A DNA stretch of 63,951 bases, counting the filler, from Reclinomonas americana ATCC 50394 (Eukaryota), in assembly GCA_048213135.1 (NCBI GenBank). It is 9 parts of 3 records of this genome, joined end to end, with 100 filler letters (N's around TTAATTAATTAA, not from the genome) between each part and the next. Parts side by side here need not be neighbours in the genome. Positions count along the whole stretch, not along the records: positions 59,021 to 62,815 come from PS015616.1; positions 62,916 to 63,951 come from PS015630.1; 7 more parts are not named here. The stretch is one strand, 5' to 3'. The notes under the pieces were generated by a model. It ran no database searches, was not told where the DNA came from, and worked only from the letters and a program-made list of their open reading frames with translations. The position numbers were made by a program, and so were the translations under genes. This document shows, piece by piece, positions 61,464 through 63,951 of the stretch. Numbering within the stretch: the stretch's first letter is position 1; each line of letters opens with the position of its first letter.

Positions 61464-62588
61464 ATGACTTCGAAGGTGCGGAAACAGTTGGCTTTTGCTA
61501 TGTTATCAACACGTTCTCATAGCCACGGAGATTTTGTTGATGCACAGGTTCTACGAGGCCACACGAGTGTGGTGAAGGCAGTGGCAGTGACACCCGATTG
61601 CCTGCACATCGTGAGTGGTAGTAATGAGAACACTGTGCGAGTGTGGTCACTGGCGAGTGGCGAGGAGGTGCGCCGACTGGAAGGCCACACGTATTGGGTG
61701 CGTGCAGTGGCTGTGACACCCGATGGCCAGCACATTCTGAGTGGCAGTGAGGACAAGACTGTGCGGGTGTGGTCGCTAGCAAGTGGCGAGGAGGTGCGCC
61801 GACTGGAAGGCCACACGCATCGGGTAAATGCAGTGGTAGTGACACCCGATGGCCAGCACATTGTGAGTGGCAGTGATGACAAAACAGTACGGGTGTGGTC
61901 GGTGGCAAGTGGCGAGGAGGTGCGCCGACTGGAAGGCCATACGAATAAGGTGTACGCGGTGGCAGTGACACCCGATGGCCAGCATATTGTGAGTGGCAGT
62001 GGGGACAATACTGTGCGGATGTGGTCGGTGGCAAGTGGCGAGGAGGTGCGCCGACTGGAAGGCCACACGAATTCTGTGTATGCAGTGCCAGTGACGCCCG
62101 ATGGCCAGCACATTGTGAGTGGCAGTGGGGACAATACTGTGCGGATGTGGTCGGTGGCAAGTGGCGAGGAGGTGCGTCGACTGGAAGGCCATACGGGTTG
62201 GGTGCATGCATTGGCAGTGACACCCGATGGGCAGCACTTTGCGAGTGGCAGTTGGGACACGACTGCACACGTGTGGTCGGTTGCAAGTGGGGAGGAGGTG
62301 CGACGACTGGAGGGCCACACGAATTGGGTGACTGCAGTAGCAGTGACACGCGATGGCCAGCATATTGTGAGTGGCAGTTTGGACAGGACTGTGCGAGTGT
62401 GGTCCACGACGCGCGGCCATGCTTATTCCGAGCTGCAAGCTGCCCGGAATGCCCACCGAGCCATAAGCGAGATGCAGCTGCCGCCCGATGTGGACGGTGG
62501 TGACCCGCGGTGCCTCGTGGAGATCGTGCTGCGCTGTTTCATCGGCGAGGACGCGGGAGCCATTCTCTTCCGCGCGCCAATCTTTTGA
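61464..62588 (+). CDS. Intronless 374-aa protein with seven near-identical 42-aa WD40 repeats, paralogue 2
   Basis: 7 x LEGHTxxVxAVAVTPDGQHIVSGSxDxTVRVWSVASGEEVRR, enough for one beta-propeller. Confidence 0.95.
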   Translation: MTSKVRKQLAFAMLSTRSHSHGDFVDAQVLRGHTSVVKAVAVTPDCLHIVSGSNENTVRVWSLASGEEVRRLEGHTYWVRAVAVTPDGQHILSGSEDKTVRVWSLASGEEVRRLEGHTHRVNAVVVTPDGQHIVSGSDDKTVRVWSVASGEEVRRLEGHTNKVYAVAVTPDGQHIVSGSGDNTVRMWSVASGEEVRRLEGHTNSVYAVPVTPDGQHIVSGSGDNTVRMWSVASGEEVRRLEGHTGWVHALAVTPDGQHFASGSWDTTAHVWSVASGEEVRRLEGHTNWVTAVAVTRDGQHIVSGSLDRTVRVWSTTRGHAYSELQAARNAHRAISEMQLPPDVDGGDPRCLVEIVLRCFIGEDAGAILFRAPIF

Positions 62589-62915
62589 GTTTGTAATGTA
62601 CGTCGTTCCTTGCGGCAGCGTTTTGCTGGATTACAGCTTGCTCTGGCATCGACTTCACACAGTCGACAGTGGGACACGGAATTGTTTGTGTCACCATGGC
62701 GGTGTGTGCACCTCCTCTCTCTCTCTCACACACACACACACTCACTCTCTCACACGCTTCTTCTTCATTTTCTTCTTCTTCTCTCTCTCTCTCTCCGTCC
62801 CTCACTCCCTCCCTCNNNNNNNNNNNNNNNNNNNNNNNNNNNNNNNNNNNNNNNNNNNNTTAATTAATTAANNNNNNNNNNNNNNNNNNNNNNNNNNNNN
62901 NNNNNNNNNNNNNNN

Positions 62916-63085
62916 CTAAATTCTCGTCGCCATCCTCTTCATCTTCTGAAGACAGGCAGTGGAGAAGCACCACCACGCCGTCTTCCCACACGGGAACCAC
63001 ACCGCACATGCAGTGGAGTAGCGATGGGCGGCGGAGGCCGTCTTCGGCGTCGTCGCGGAGGAGAATGTGGAGGGCGTTTTCCCAT
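62916..63085 (-). CDS. Isolated probable exon, unknown gene
   Basis: Follows a polypyrimidine tract and CAG. The open frame WENALHILLRDDAEDGLRRPSLLHCMCGVVPVWEDG runs into a gap. Confidence 0.35.
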
Positions 63086-63916
63086 CTGGAGGGAGAGGGG
63101 GAAGGGAGAGGGGAAAGGGGGAGGGTATGAGAAGGGAGGAAAGGGAGAGAGGGGAAGAGAGGACAGCGAAAGAGGCAAGGCAGACGACGGATGACCAAGC
63201 GTCTGAACGAGATGTGAACAAGTGCCTATGAGAAAGAAAGAGCGTGCACAAGTGAATGTAATGAGTTAATGTGGAAACGAGAGAGTGCAACCATACTGAG
63301 ACAGAGAGACAGCTGGTGAGTGAGGATGAGAATGAGCAGAGAGACAGCTGGTGAGTGAGGATGAGAATGAGCACAGAGAGAGAGAGAGAGAAGGAAGGAG
63401 AGGCAAGATGAGAAGATGGAGAAGGCGAAACAATGAAGGAAGGATGTGCAACGAGAGCAGTGAGTGCCGATGTGTATGCGAGAGAGGGAGGCAAGGATGG
63501 AGGAGGCAACGATGAGGAGGCAGGCAGGAGAAGGAATGGTGCGCAAGTCTATGAACGAGATCAGCAAGTGCCAACGAATGTGTTAGAAAGAGGGAGAGAG
63601 AGAAGGGAGAGAAAGAGAGACAGAGACAGGCGAGGCAGGTGAAGAATTTACAAGTTTCTGAACTCGAGAACAGTGAGTACCACAGAGAGAGAGAGAGAGA
63701 GAGAAAGCGAAAGAAGGAGAAGGCGAAACACTGAACGAAGGATGTGCAACGAGAGCAGTGAGTGCCGATGTCTATGCGAGAGAGAGGGAGGCAAGGATGG
63801 AGGAGGCAACGATGAAGGAAGGATGTGCAACAAGATCAGCGAGTGCCAACGAGTGAGAGGCAAGAGAGAGGAGCCAATCAACAACAGCCGTGAGTGACTG
63901 CCACCAAGGATGGGGG

Positions 63917-63951
<35 letters not shown>

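Noticed and set aside
61498..62456. Long antisense ORFs over the WD40 gene (and over the cathepsin and cadherin exons)
   Set aside because: Shadow ORFs from repeated, GC-biased codons, with no independent motifs.
4856..62871. Eight identical TTAATTAATTAA palindromes as a biological motif
   Set aside because: Always centred in N44...N44 gaps with six-frame stops. The ABCG and WD40 genes continue across them, so they are assembly spacers.
1..63951. tRNA, rRNA, snRNA genes, U12-type introns or intact transposases
   Set aside because: None recognisable by eye. A covariance-model search would be needed to exclude small RNAs.

Overview
Draft-assembly genomic DNA of an intron-rich, GC-rich microbial eukaryote (mitochondriate, probably flagellated; I cannot identify the species). 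It uses the standard code and GT-AG spliceosomal introns, and has many microsatellites and N-gaps; eight 100-nt gaps carry an artificial TTAATTAATTAA spacer. By manually splicing exons I recover about 18 genes or gene fragments: two head-to-head papain-family proteases, an ABCG half-transporter, an LYR protein, mitoribosomal mS33, a STE20 kinase, a BRF2-like TFIIB factor, a coiled-coil protein, a ~1,800-aa secreted cadherin-repeat/EGF/glycoside hydrolase fusion, a CBM48-like/coiled-coil protein, an EF-hand protein behind a 5-copy array of its own 5' end, a Dlt1-like protein, an ARM-repeat protein, two intronless highly repetitive WD40 paralogues, and several unknowns. The strongest unexplained signal is a two-class 5' splice-site code. 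Exons ending in G use ordinary G|GTnnG donors, while about 27 of ~32 donors after A, C or T use a +1-shifted GTTnnG motif (mostly GTTGCG), a register known only as a rare exception in human. All gene models and family calls are by-eye and unverified by transcript or database evidence.
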